DNA from: the human T2T-CHM13v2.0 reference genome, Homo sapiens
Reading direction: 5' to 3' (one strand)
Assembly (NCBI RefSeq): GCF_009914755.1
Contig: NC_060928.1
Length of the DNA: 64,000 bases
The position numbers were made by a program, and so were the translations under genes. The notes under the pieces were generated by a model. It ran no database searches. It saw nothing but the letters and a program-made list of their open reading frames with translations, and had not been told where the DNA came from. Numbering within the stretch: position 1 is the stretch's first letter; the number at the start of each line of letters is the position of its first letter. Shown one piece after another: positions 1 through 15,174 of this stretch.

Positions 1-290
1 TGACTCATGACTCAACTGGTCCTGTAGTCCCCCACCCAGAGGTGGACTCAGCACACAAGGACTGTTTTCCACAACCCTGCACTGCATCCTTAACCAATCA
101 GCAGCACTCATTCCCTAGTTCCCTGCCCACCCTAACCTATGGGCCTCGGGGAGACGGATTGAATCATAACTCCAGTTCTCCCACATGATCTGCCTTGCGT
201 TCATTAAATTCTTTCTTTACTGAAATCCCATGGTTTCGGTGAAGTGGTTTTGTTTGTGCAGCAGACAAGAAGAACCCATCAGGCAATTAT
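1..290 (+). mobile_element. ERV1 LTR 3' part (MER39/MER34-like), followed by a short MER21-like fragment
   Basis: ccaatcagcagcac..attaaattctttctttactg..caagaagaacccatcaggcaattat, typical of the LTR end. Confidence 0.6.
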
Positions 291-1124
291 GGGGAGAGTT
301 GGAGAATTGATTGTTGGTGTGGAAGAAATACACCCATTTGGTGTCTGAGTGTTAGGAGTAGAAACAGGTCACAGGAGCAAATTTGCTTTCTTTTTGTTTA
401 TGTTTTATGCTAGAATTAGGGCTCTATTTTTTTAAATTTTTATATAATACCTATGAATTTTATATCAAAATTGTAATGGGGGCATTACAAAGTGTTTGTT
501 TTAAAAAGAAATGTTGGATTTGATAGGGTTGAGACTCTGCACCAGATGTTAAGCTGCTTAAAGGCAGGAATGTCTCTTATCCTTTTTTCTTTTTCCAACT
601 CTAAATCATCTATGGTATGTAGAATGTGTTCACTATATAGCTGTTTATTAAGTGAATGCTTTACTTACATCTTCTTTTATTTTCATCATTGTAGAAATGC
701 GGAAAAAGGAAAAATTTTAATAGCTCTATATCACAGTTAATGTTTTCACCGATTTCTGCACACATTTCAACTATTCACTATGCATTAATAAATACAATAA
801 AAGGCACAAGGAAATGGATGGTCATAGAGGGTGCAGGAGAGCCAGAAGAATTCAGTGTCCAGTAGCAAGAGAAAGAGAGAATTTGAGGAAGGTTGGCAGC
901 ATCATATTCTTCAATTTTTAAAATTTTTTATAGAGATATTTTTAGCCTGAGGATTTTTTATAGAGATTATTTTTATAGAGATTAATTTATAGCCTGAGGA
1001 TTGACTTGGTTTGTAATCACTTGACATTGATTCTGAATGTTCCTAACTGGAACCTTTTGTAATTTCACCCCTTCAAATTCCCTAAAGAAAAGAAAGATAA
1101 ACGATGATTAGAAGTCAGAACTAA

Positions 1125-1664
<540 letters not shown>

Positions 1665-3104
1665 TGAGTGGTAATGATGTCTTGGCAAAGGGCTCAGCTG
1701 ACCCTATGGGGAATGCTGAAACTGAAGCCCTTTTTGAATTTTCTCAAGTGGCAGGGGCTGGACTTTGATACCACACTTTGACCAGTCATCAGACACAGGC
1801 TGCCCCCAGAAAGAGGGGGTGACCTTGAGTGATTTGGCTCTTTTAGACAGAAAGTGATTCCCAGAGTGCTGCCAGCACCCCCAGCAGCTGAAGGCCTGCC
1901 TTCCTGAAAGGGATGCTCATCACTGTGTCCGCTCCATCTCACATCTGCTCTTCTGGGATTCTGCTTAGAAACCAGCAATTGCACAAGAGATTCAAGCTTG
2001 TGATGTTAAATGCTATAAGTAAAATGGGGTCATGATTTTATTTGTCTCTCTTGGACTTGTGGAATCTTTCTATCTTCTCTTTGAGGATTCAGTCTTGTTT
2101 TTCTTTTCTTTCTGAAGACTAATTATGAAGAATGAGACAAACGTACCAAAATCTGAAATGGTCAACTCAATACCCCATCTAAAGCAAATGGGAAAACATT
2201 TGTTTCTTGCCCTAAAGAAGAGAATTTTTTCCCCTTTATGGGATTGAGATGGTAAAGATTTCTGATTCAGGCTGGGAGCTGTCAGAACAAATAAAGCAAT
2301 TCTGTTTAAACACTTTCCTTTCGTCTATCTTTGAAATGAATTACCAAATTAAGCCACCTAAGTGCACTCTTAACTCTTGGTTCTCTTCCTCATATTTTGT
2401 TTCCTGTTTCATATGGAAATTATGTTTTCTTCTCTGCTTAGTGTCAGATGCTTCTATGGGAAATTCTCCAATAATGTCCTCAGATGATCTCCCACATTCA
2501 AATGTGGTTTTTCTCGGCTGGAAGGCGTGGGCTCCTTATTCAAACTCATTCTAACTCTCAGACAATTTTAGAGGCTGGTGTTTCTTTTCCTAACCAGAAC
2601 ATGCTTTCTGCTTTGGGGCCACAAAAATCTATTTTTATTTCATACCAGTGACTGAAAACTTTGTGATACAATGGGCATGAAATAAGCAGGAAATTCAAAA
2701 TAGTATTTTTTATGGTTTTGTGTGGCATAGGTTTTTTCCACATATATTCACACTAAGCATCTCTATGGAAAAAAATATATGAATTCTGATTTTTTACTTC
2801 CCTTAATCTGTTGGCCAGAATGCTCAGGTTATGTTACTTTGAATAGAATGTTTAGAAATGGACATTCCCTTTCTCTCCTGCTCAGAGTTTAAGCAGTTCC
2901 TTGAACAACCAAGGTACTAACCATAAATTTCTTCATTGGTTGGTTGTCTCTTACTACTCAAACCTTAGGCCCTGATTTTTTCATGTTTGTTCTCCTTGCT
3001 GTGATTTTGGAAGGCAGACTGGTACAAAAGAGACCCCTGACTGGGTACCTGGCAGCTTCTCAGAAGGGAGGCAGTGGAAACTACAGGATGCATTCCTCTA
3101 TGAT

Positions 3105-3402
3105 TTTTTTTTTTTTTTTTTGAGACAAGGTCTCACTCTGTCACCCAGGCCGTAGTGCAGCAGTGCACTCGCTGCTAACTGGCAGCATCAGCCTCCTGGG
3201 CTCAAGCGATCCTCCCGCCTCAGCCTCCTGAGTAGCTGGGATTACAGGTGTGCACCACCATGCCCGACTCATCTTCTGTGTTTTTTGTAGAGATGGGGTT
3301 TTGCCATGTTTCCCAGGCTGGTCTTGAACTCCTGAGCTCAAGTGATCTGCCTGCCTTGCCTCCCAAAGTGCTTGGATTACAGATGTGAGCCACCACTCCT
3401 GG
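3105..3402 (-). mobile_element. AluJ
   Basis: polyT followed by Alu dimer. Confidence 0.9.
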
Positions 3403-3539
3403 TCTTGCCTGGCTTCTTAATTAAACATCAGTTGTGAGATTGATCCATATTCTTTTGTCTGTCATCAAAGATAGTTCATGGTCTTTGCTGTGTTGGAATT
3501 CATCTTTAAACCTCCTTTTCCCTCACCCCTTCTTTTATC

Positions 3540-4235
3540 TCATGACCAAATCCTGTCAATGTCATCTTCAAATCTATCTAAAGTCTCACTCCTTCCACTG
3601 GCAGTACTTCCTGCTTGAAGGCTGCTTTGTCTTTTGATCCATGTCCTCACTTCCATTCCTGTTTCCCTCTCCTCCTGTCTACACATGCAGCTGGCGGGAC
3701 AGTTACAAAAAAGCAGAGTATACCAGGTTATTCACATACTTGAAACATGTCATGAGTTCCCAGTGCATTTAGGATAGTTCCCTCGGCCTGCACGTGGTCT
3801 GTGAAGCCCTGTGTGAACTGGCTTGTGCCTGACACCGTCCCCCGCCCTCTCTGGGCACCTCTGCAGCTCCATTTTGTTCTTCCAGTTCCTCCCAAGAGTC
3901 AAGCTTTTCCCTGTCCTCAACGTTGGTATATGTGATTTTTTTTCTACTTAGTTTCCCACTCTCCCTTGACCTGGCAAATTCCTGCTCTGTCATTTCTCAG
4001 AGAGACCACCTCCAATGTTCTTGTCTACATTAAATCTTCCTGTTATTTTCACTGGCAGTGATTGCCACACCTAACACCAACATTTATTGCATTTACCAAC
4101 ACAACTGTTAGAGTAACTGTCTAATGCTTGTCTTCCCGCTAGACTGTGGACACTGTGGGGCTGGGTCTTTTTGTTTGCTGTTGTATCTGCAGCATCTAGC
4201 ACAGTGTCATGTATGTAATGGCTGCTCAGAAAATG
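3540..4235 (+). mobile_element. L2 fragments
   Basis: caaatcctgtcaat.., ctagactgt..gcatctagcacagtg, typical of the L2 3' end. Confidence 0.6.
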
Positions 4236-5389
4236 AGCAAATTAAAGCAGAGTCTCAGGAACTATGACAAAGTTTACCTGAACATGTAAATGAGATGTCA
4301 ATGAAGGGGACTTTTCATTTACACCTTTTCGGATCTGAAGCTTTTCAGCTGAAAATAGGTAGATTGGGTATCAGGATTTCTGAGCATCTTGCAGCTCAAC
4401 CAATCAAGGCAGGCAAACATTCACTTAATAAGCTGCTCTGACCAAAGCTCATTCTTTCATTTTAAGAAATACCGTCCCTGAATTACAAGCAGCATAAACA
4501 CCATCCCATAGTGACACTTTGAATGAAACATTAGAGCTGACTTTGTCCATATTAACCCCATAGGCAACAACATTCATCCCTGTCCTCTGTTACTGTTCTT
4601 CTCCTCCACTACTGTAGCAAATACACAATATATAATGTAGTAAATAAATGTGCAGCGAATAAAACGACAGATAAGAAGCTGACCTAACTCTGGATTGCCA
4701 ATGGCTTTTTAGACCACAAGAGGGAGCTGTTTAAACTCTTGTTAACAAGGAAACAATTGAGGGAGAAGAAATTTGGCAATCCTGAGGTTGGCCAGATGGG
4801 CACCTATTTATATGATATTGACTCTGGAATTACATTTATTTTTAAGTTACAAAAGTTTTAATTCTTTTTATCTGCAATGTAATTAGCATTTTAAATAGTG
4901 ATATTAAAGGCAATGAGTTGTTTTTGTCTTAAAATCTAATTTTGTCTCATTTAACTAGTTTGGAAAAGTGTAAATATTTAATTAAGGGACAAGGAGATGA
5001 AGACTACTTTCATACTAAATCTATTTCCTAAATACTTACTAATAAACCGCCTCATGAACAAATAAGCTTTTCTTTAAAAAATACTGTTTCTTTCAATAGT
5101 CTATATGGTCTTAAATATTTAAATATGTGTGCAAATCAGATTTTTAAAAAAGATATACACAAACTATGACTTGAGAACTCCTTTCTTAAGAACACTGCAG
5201 TCTAATTATAGACATATTTACATACCATGAACCCAGTTATATGACAGCTACCCTTGCCAACCCTCCTGGTCACCCTGAGAATGAATGCAGTTAAATTATC
5301 TAAAGGGACCTGACCCAAGGGCAGAGTGTGTTTTTCTACAAAGGGGCCAGTGAGAGGGCACATCGGTGGGAGTCAAATGACCAATCGTA

Positions 5390-5592
5390 ATAACAGTAGT
5401 GACATTCATGGAGTGTTTATACAGGCCAGGCACTGTGCTTAAAGCACCGTACATGGACTAGATCATTAATTCCTTCCAAAGCTGCAAGGTAGCTTCTATT
5501 ACTGTTTTTATTTTAGAGATGAAAAAACAGAAGGGTTAAATAACTTATAGAAGATCACAGAGCTATTAAGTGGGGAGCCAGGATTTGAATCC
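5390..5592 (-). mobile_element. MIR
   Basis: ccaggcactgtgc..attttagagatgaaa..ggagccaggatttgaatcc. Confidence 0.75.
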
Positions 5593-6250
5593 CCCTGCAG
5601 AGGAAGGCTCACTAAATGTGATTCTCCTCAACTGGCAAGTCTGACTGTGGGTTAAAGCATCAGGCCTCTGGGTGAAATGCTTCTTTTCCTGCAATGGACC
5701 AAATCTGTACATTGTTATCTTCATTTTGAACAGTGGGATTCTGCCAAGATTCTCTTCTTCCCATAAAATGTTTTGTCCTAAGAAGGGAGAGAAAGCTTTT
5801 GTCGTTGTACACTGGGCTCCATATCCAGGATGATTGTCAGTGAATAGGAAATGTGTTAAAGATGATGGTTTCCTGCTGATTCACTTCTGTGACGTCAAGA
5901 CTTATGGGAATACAGACAAACTTATCTGAATGACAGACATCACTTAATGTAAAAAGGGAAGCCAGCAAAATGTTCTAAGACAGAGGACTTCTAAAAAATT
6001 CCAACAGTTTACCATAGTGGTCCTAGAACCTAAGTGTGTTTTGAGTAAATATTCAAACATGTCCTATGAGCAGAAACATAAATGTCATCTTCCTGGCTTA
6101 TGGTGGGACTGTGGCCCATTTGTTATAGGGGAATTAGGGGGTTAAGAATCCCCTTGCTAATGATTATCTATTGCCATTCTGCATTTTCTCCTTACCCTAC
6201 CCTCAGTCCTATTCCTAACTGGGATCTTTAAGTACTTAGAAAACCCTGCT

Positions 6251-6590
<340 letters not shown>

Positions 6591-6947
6591 CTAATATTTA
6601 TTATTGTAGTATTTATGAACAAACAACATTTCTGAATATAAAAATAAATGAGCCAATTCTCATCCTTTAACCCTTTGTAATGTGTCCTCAGGTCTGCACT
6701 CAAATTTGCCTTGTAAGTCAGGTACAGAATTTGAGAGTTTTTAAGAAGCACTAGAAGTCATAGTGCCTTAGTATTCCTACATTTTATCTTGCTAGCCCTT
6801 TTAATTTCAGTGGTTGACCAAGTACAGCACCAGGGCCAGAATGTGACATGAATTTGACTTTAGAAATGTGTATTAAAATATGGCAGCAGGAGTGAGAAGG
6901 CTCTCTGGAAGTAGGCATAGGCATGAATCTCAGGCATTCCTTCCCTA

Positions 6948-7316
6948 TAGGGTTGCCAGTTTACATACAGGCTGTCTGGAATGGTGGCCCGTGCCTGTAG
7001 CTACTGGGGAGGCTGAGGTGGGAGAATTCACTTGAACCCGGGAGGCAGAGGTTGCAGTGAGAGGAGATCGCACCACTGCACTCCAGCCTGGGTGATGGAG
7101 TGAGACCCTGTCTCAAAAAAAAAAAAAAAAAAGAAAGTAAAAACAAATATAGGCTGTCCAACAAACTTGAATTTTGGATAAACAGACAATTTTGTCAGCC
7201 TAAGTGTTTTCCAAATGTTACAGTGGAGATACTTGTATTTAAAATTATCCATTGTTTATCTGAAATGCAAATTTAACTGGATGTCTTGTATTTGTATTTG
7301 CTGAGTCTGCCAGCCC
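6948..7316. mobile_element. MER3-like hAT element split by a 5'-truncated Alu (about 6975-7140)
   Basis: TIR-like ends agggttgccag / ctgccagccct; Alu flanked by atacaggctgtc / atataggctgtc. Confidence 0.7.
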
Positions 7317-7537
7317 TTCTCCTCCCCTCACTGATCACATGGAGCTTAGTGGTTAAGAGGATAGGCCCTGCATCTGGACCACTCGGAAGACTTGCTAGCT
7401 GTGTGAATTTCAGCAAATTATTTAGCTTCTCTGTGCTTAGTTTTCTCATCTATAAATGGGGATAATAATAGAACCAATTCACCTTCTAGGTCTGTTGTCA
7501 GGATTAAATGATTGAATGCATCCAACCACTTAGTAAT

Positions 7538-7885
7538 TGTCTCAGTCCTTTCAGGCTGCTATAACAAAATACCACAAAATGAGTAATTTATAAACAGTAG
7601 AAGTTTATTTTGCACAGCTCTAGAGGCTGCGAGGTCCAAGACCAAGGCACAAGTAGATTTGGTGTCTGGTCAGGGTCTGTCCCATCGATGGCACCTTCTT
7701 GAGGCATTCTCACATGAGATGCCTCATGTGCTCCCTTCAACTTCTCTTATAACAGCACCGACCCATTCATGAAAGCCAAGTGTTCATGACTCAATCACTT
7801 CCTAACGGCCTATTAATACTATCGCATTGGGTCTTAGGTTCTAACCCATGAATTTGGGAGGAACACATACATTCAAATTATAGCA
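7538..7885 (-). mobile_element. MaLR solo LTR (MST/MLT1A type) inserted in a MIR (about 7345-7925)
   Basis: tgtctcagtcc..gctgctataacaaaatacc..attcaaattatagca; 5-bp TSD gtaat. Confidence 0.85.
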
Positions 7886-9285
7886 GTAATTGAGTAAATA
7901 CTCAACAAATGTTAGCTATTATTATTATTACTTTTAGAGATGTTCCTCATATCTAAAATACTCAAATTTACAGTATTGTGGCAGCTATTTTGAGAACCAA
8001 ATGAGATAGTGTACTGACAGCATTTGGCATAGAGTATGCCTTCCTTAACCAAAATAGCTACACTTCTATGAAGGTTTGTATGTCATCAGAACCCTTTCTT
8101 TCATTTACTTTAAGGGATTGTAGAAGTCTGAAGATGCAGCACTTTGCTCTGTAACTACTGAGGATGGATTTTTGAAAGGTCCCCGGAGAGAAAGAGAAAC
8201 AGAGGATTTAGCATATAGCTTTCTTCTCAACATTCTGATTATGGACATTTGTGGTTGAGCTTATAAATCTTATACCTTTATTGAAAAATTCTGAGTCCTG
8301 GGAGAGTAAGTGATTGGCCAAGGTCAAGCCACTCCGTGGTATATCAAAAAGTAGGACCTATTTCTTGGGTGGGTGAGGCTTGAAGGCTTGACGTATGGAG
8401 AGAAAAAAGCCTCTTGTTGTCCGTGGCCATTTGACCGGCTTATGTGCCTGTGCCCCACCAGCCCTCACTCTCTCAAACTCCAAGAACTCTGACTTCCTCA
8501 CAGGGGATGGTAGGAAAGGGGTGTGGCACTCCCTCTTGGGGGCACGAGTGTGGCAGCCAGGTAGGCAGCTCCCCAGAGTCTCGTTTGGGAGTTAATGAAT
8601 CCTCCCCAGTGGCTCATTCACCCTTAGGGAAGGACTTGAGTGCTAGAGAGAGTAGTTATTTATGTATAGCCCCAGCTATATCAGAGGAACAGTCGAATAT
8701 AAATTCAAGATCTAATAATTTTTATTATCTATTAACAGCTGAGATATTGAAGGTCCCTGAACACTGGAATCTGCAGTTCCTGAGAGCTGTGTGTGTGTAA
8801 TATTGATGAGACTTCCATCCTGTCATCAATTTTCTAAGTTGGAAATCATTAGAAACCGGACAAAATGAAATAGAATTTTTCTTTCTGTCCTATTGTCTAC
8901 TCCAAAGATTTCCCTGTGGGGCTATCCAAATAGAGCATACCTGTTTGCCTATTTCAAGCAAAGGCCAGATAAGAGAAAAAGAAAGCCCAGAGCATACTCT
9001 TTGGACTGAGCTTTGTCTAGAGAGGAAACCAGGCAGGGATGAAGAGCAAGTCCAAATATAGACTCTACCTGCCCCTTAGGGATGTGAGAGTGCACCAAGG
9101 TTAGAACCACAATATATCAGAACTGGAATGTGGCATAGATAGCTGATACATCTAATACAACCTGTCAGTTTACAGACAAGGAAGCCAAAGCCCACAACAG
9201 TCTGGGGACTTCCATGAGGCCATATGTCTGGTTAGAGGTGGAACTAGAATGAGAACCTTGTTCTTTTGTCCCCCTATTGTTGGTT

Positions 9286-9592
<307 letters not shown>

Positions 9593-11159
9593 CCTTACTA
9601 TTGGTTTTGTGAGAGGACTGTTGCTATCCTTTTACAAGTGCCAAGCTAAAAGTTGCCAAGATCTTGAACCTGACAAAGAGGAGGAGCTGGAGGAAGCATG
9701 CACCACCCTTGCGGGGCTGAGTGTAACTTTAGGAAATTGGGAAATGATTGGGACTGTACTTCAGATGCTCAAATGTCTGAAGAGTCGGGGTGGTTTTGAG
9801 TTTCGGTTTATCTCTTCTGTGAAGTGTGTACATGTAGGTGATGGACCTGGTAGGAGGAGGTGGGGACAAGGAGGGAATCAATGGACACCACCCAAGATGA
9901 AACAAAGCCTAGGATGTGAGTCCTGCCTGCACAGTGTTTGTGAACCAGTTGGGGAGGTCCAGTCACATGCAGAATCATGAGATGATGATGACTCACTGTG
10001 TTATAGGTAACCAATTGCTAAGTGGTGTTTCAGAATCCAAAGTGTAACCCATCTTTCTGATCCTTGGGTGAACCAGCTTCCGTGAGTCACTCCAGCAAGG
10101 AAAACTGTTTTACTTCATTAAGATGGCATGTGTGGCCTCTAGAGAGACTGGAGTCTTAACTGTAGAGTGTTTCTATTTAACAGAAGATGAAACAACAGTA
10201 GTTTGCAATTTTTTACAATTTCAAAATTTTCATTCAGAAACTGCTGTCATATGGTTGTTGTCCCAGGAATAGATGATGAAATATTTTCCTAGTAGCATTA
10301 TAGTCACAACTGCTATATTTTCTTTTTCAGTCAGTTTTCAGATGTCTGGTCTTTCCTCTGCCACGTCTTCCAGGGCCAGACATTTATTTGTAATATGCCT
10401 CTTTAGTGTCACATTAATAATAATTGAAGATGCTACGCTGTCTGCTCTGTGCTCGCAAAGATGAGAAAGACGGGGCATTTCCCAGAGGGAGCACACCATC
10501 TACTGGGGCTGGCGGTGGGGAAGAAGTAGAGGGAATGGGAGAAGGAGGTGATGAGACAGGATCATAGATCCTTTACCTCAAGGCAAGGTACCAGTAGTGC
10601 CAAAGGAGAGTATCCCAGCAAGCTATGTGTGTGAACTGGAGATGAAATCCAGTTAGGGGCAGCCTTAAGGAAAGAAAGGGAGGAATTAGAAAAGACTGCA
10701 TATATTCATAGAAGGTGGCATTTGAACAGGTCCTTGAAGACTGAGTCGGCACAATGTTGCAAATCTGAGAAGGACATCAGGGAGGAAGGAATAGCCCAGT
10801 TTGGTTGAAAGTAGGTTACTTGAGGGAGTTGGTAGAGGTAAGATTGAAAAAAATATTCTGAGAGAACTTTGGTTGAGAAGGAGTTTGGTCTTCAGTTGAC
10901 AGGCAATGGGAAAGCCTTGAAAATCGTTGAGCAGAGGCTCAATATGCAGTCAAATAACTACCACTGTTTTTCTGTGTAACATTTTTATTGGAAAGAAACA
11001 AATGGCAAACAAGCTAGCTGATGTGGCGATCTTATTTAAGTCAAGGAAACTGCATTGTGACACAGAACTAACTACATCTTACCTCTTATACTTGCTACAT
11101 GTTTGTCACTTTATATATAAATGTTTTTCATATTAATAGCCTGAGAGGCTGTGAAGTAC

Positions 11160-11500
11160 TACTGAGAGAATCCTCAATAGAAGATGTATGCAACAACATG
11201 GATAAATCTCAGAAGAATCGTGCTAAGTGAAAGAAGGCAGATTCAAACATTTACATACTGTGTGAATTCATTTATATGACATTCTAAAAAGGGCAAAACC
11301 ATAGAGAAGTAAAACAGAACAGTGGTTGCCGGGGGTTAGGGTTGGGGGAAAAGATCTGACAACTTTCAAGAGGAAAGAATTCTTTGGGGTTTTAGAGTTG
11401 TTCTGTATCCTGTTTATTTTGGTGGTTACAAGAAGCTATCCATGTGTTATAGTTCATAGAGCTTAACATCAACATTCGTACTACATAGGTAAATTTAAAA
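11160..11500 (+). mobile_element. Old L1M 3'UTR fragment
   Basis: gcaacaacatggataaatctc..ctaagtgaaagaagg..catactgt..cagtggttgcc. Confidence 0.75.
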
Positions 11501-12598
11501 CACAAATATACAAGGAAAAGAAGGTTCAATTATGTTTAGATAATGTTTTTTATGTCCAATTCTTCAAAAACTGGTAATCTCTTGTAGTATGTATGGCAAG
11601 TATGTACATAGATAGATTTAACTAACTATATATATCAATGAATAATAAATTATCTTACTATAGCTATAAAAGAAAGCCTACTATGTTTTCTCAGATATTC
11701 AGGGACTTTATTAGAGATCCCACTGTCCTTGTGGTATTAAGTAGATATGACATTTGTGAATAATATATTAATTGTTTTTACAGTGACTACTCTTGAAATA
11801 TTTCATCTTCTAAGATTTCCTTACGCATTCCTCTTCTAATCTTGTCTGTGTTTGAAATGTGCTTAATAAAGTTTTTTATTATAATCATATTAAATGTAAA
11901 CCTCAAATCAGACTGGATCTTACAGATTTTGATTTAGTGATGTTCAAATAAATGAAGTTAGCTTTTGAAGTATGGTTGTCAGGTACACTTTTCTCTCAGC
12001 AGAGAATCTCGGTGATAGGTGACTGTGTTTTCAAAGTACAGCTATTGCAACACATAATCCAAATCAAAGTCTCAAACCACATTGTCAATGTGCTGAGGAT
12101 GGAAAGTAAAGGGCTTTGTTGTTTATTATAGCCCAGGATAAAAAGAGGGACTGACCTATTATAGATTACAAGTTCCAAAATTATTTCATTCCATGTTTCC
12201 TTTGAAGCTTTTTTTTCTCTTACTCTAACTTATTGTGTGTTTTTGACTAAAATAGTGGTTGATGCTTCTTTTAAAATAACACATTGCCTTTTGACTTAAA
12301 CCTGTGTTTAACTCTGTAGAATAATAGGTTCCTGGGGCTGAGTGTCGTGCTCCTCAACTCCACCACGTTTATAGTTTACATGTTAATAGGGATGGTGCTC
12401 CCTGCCAGAGAAGGGGCCCCAACCAAATCTAACTTCTCTTTAGAGGCAAAGGGCTGCAGCCACAAACCACATGAAGTCCTTTTGTGGCATGGGATGGAAT
12501 GAACCGTTTGGATGTGCATTGGTGTTTTTAGTTTCATTCTCATGGATGGCTGTCACTGATGATAAAGGGCAATATATGTTCTTAGAGTTATTTTTAAA

Positions 12599-12812
12599 TT
12601 AGTAAAATTTGGTAGATGAGATTTCAACGTCCTTAAAACGTTCCAGGACACTGACTTCATCAGACATAATTGGAACATCTTTACTTGTCAGCTGTATTTC
12701 CATTGCATAGTTCCTCATTTCTGCCTGATTGCCATTGGTCGAAACCCTGTCTGAGCCTTCATTATATTCAGACTGCTTCTGTTCTCTTTCCTCCATATAC
12801 ACAGTTGCAGAA
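12599..12812 (-). pseudogene. Candidate terminal coding exon: SATVYMEEREQKQSEYNEGSDRVSTNGNQAEMRNYAMEIQLTSKDVPIMSDEVSVLERFKDVEISSTKFY*
   Basis: Acceptor gccttgttagtcAG|t (phase 2); about 70 open codons of acidic/polar composition; TAA at 12599-12601; AATAAA on - strand at 12122-12127. Confidence 0.6.
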
Positions 12813-13411
12813 CTGACTAACAAGGCAGACACATTAAAAACTCTCTAATTGATTATTATTGTTCTCAGGATAGAATCCAAAATTCTCAACTGGTCTCAAA
12901 AGTCTGGAGACCTTGCCTTGCTCATTCTAGCAGCTGCGTTTCTTACTGATTTCATTCCCCACCTTACTTCTTCCTTCCCGAGAGCCTTGGTACATGTTCC
13001 CTCCACCTCGAATGCTCTTCCTCCTAGACTGCTCTTTCCTTCCCAATCTTCAGATGCCTGTTTGAGCAGCCCTCCCCAGAGATGACATCCCAGAGCCCTG
13101 AGTCTGAGTCAATGCCCCTTGGTATGAATACCTCTTATTTCTCCTTAGCAGCACCTGTCAAAATTGCAATTGAGTAATTAGTTATGAAATTATTTGTTGG
13201 TTGCTTTCCCTGGTAGAACTGGCCCATCTTCTTGGGAACATTTCTGTCTTATCCCCTGGTGTTTCTCCAGAGCTCAGCCGAATGCCTTTGCTCATGGTGT
13301 TTGTGCAATGATTATTCATTGAACAAATAAATGAAAGACCAAGGCAACCATATTGAATGAGCAAAGTGGCAAAATGAGAATCAGCACAAGTTGGTTCCAT
13401 TCTGCACATGA

Positions 13412-14251
<840 letters not shown>

Positions 14252-14253
14252 AT

Positions 14254-14418
14254 CAGTGGTTCTCAAACCATACTATGCACATGCATCACCTGGGAGGCTC
14301 CATTCTCAGAAACACTGATTTTTTACATTTGAAGCAGTGGCCAGGAAGCTGCATGTGTAATGAGCATCTTGGGTGACTTTGATGCAAGTGTTTGAGGACC
14401 ATTCTTTGAGAAACACTG
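14254..14418. mobile_element. MER5-type hAT MITE
   Basis: cagtggttctcaaa..tttgagaaacactg TIRs. Confidence 0.75.
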
Positions 14419-15174
14419 CTGTGAAATGATGATTTCACACAAAACCAGACCAAGGTTATTTTAACACTGCATTCATGCAGACTCTTTTGGATATGGTGAT
14501 CAAATTCAACATCACCGACTTGAAAACAGATTTACAACTTAGAGAAAATTAAAAAAAATAAACTTCTTATAACTGAGTAGTAATTAAAATGTGGAAATAT
14601 TTGAAAAAAACTATTCATGATAAAATTAGTTCAAATATTTTATCTAAATAGTAAGTAAGCTTATGATGCTGTTCAAACTAGTAAACACACGAATGCTGGT
14701 AAGCATATATAAATCAGTTATGATGACAAAAGACTAATTTTCCCAAATTAATCCTTTATTTTGTTTTATTATTTTTAAATGAAGGACCAATATAGATAAT
14801 TAATATAGAGAAAATACACATTCATATAAAGGCACATTAAATCAGCCTTAGCTACCTCAGTTGATGTTCTCTTAGATTTTTACTCTATACTATATATTTG
14901 TTTAATATGATATATTGAACATAATGTTATGTGATATAATTGTAATATAATGTTGTCTTGCCTTAGATGAATAAACTCCATAAGTTCCAGGGTAGGGTCT
15001 AGGGCAATTTCTCTGGCCTACAAAAGTGTTCAATTAATATTTATTGAATAGGTATGGACTCATGTATTTTAACTCTCATGCAATTCTCCTCCACACCCAG
15101 AAGTTAGAAGAAAATTAGTAACAAACAAATATTCACATACCAAATTAACCCTTTGTAGAAAACCCAAATAGCAG

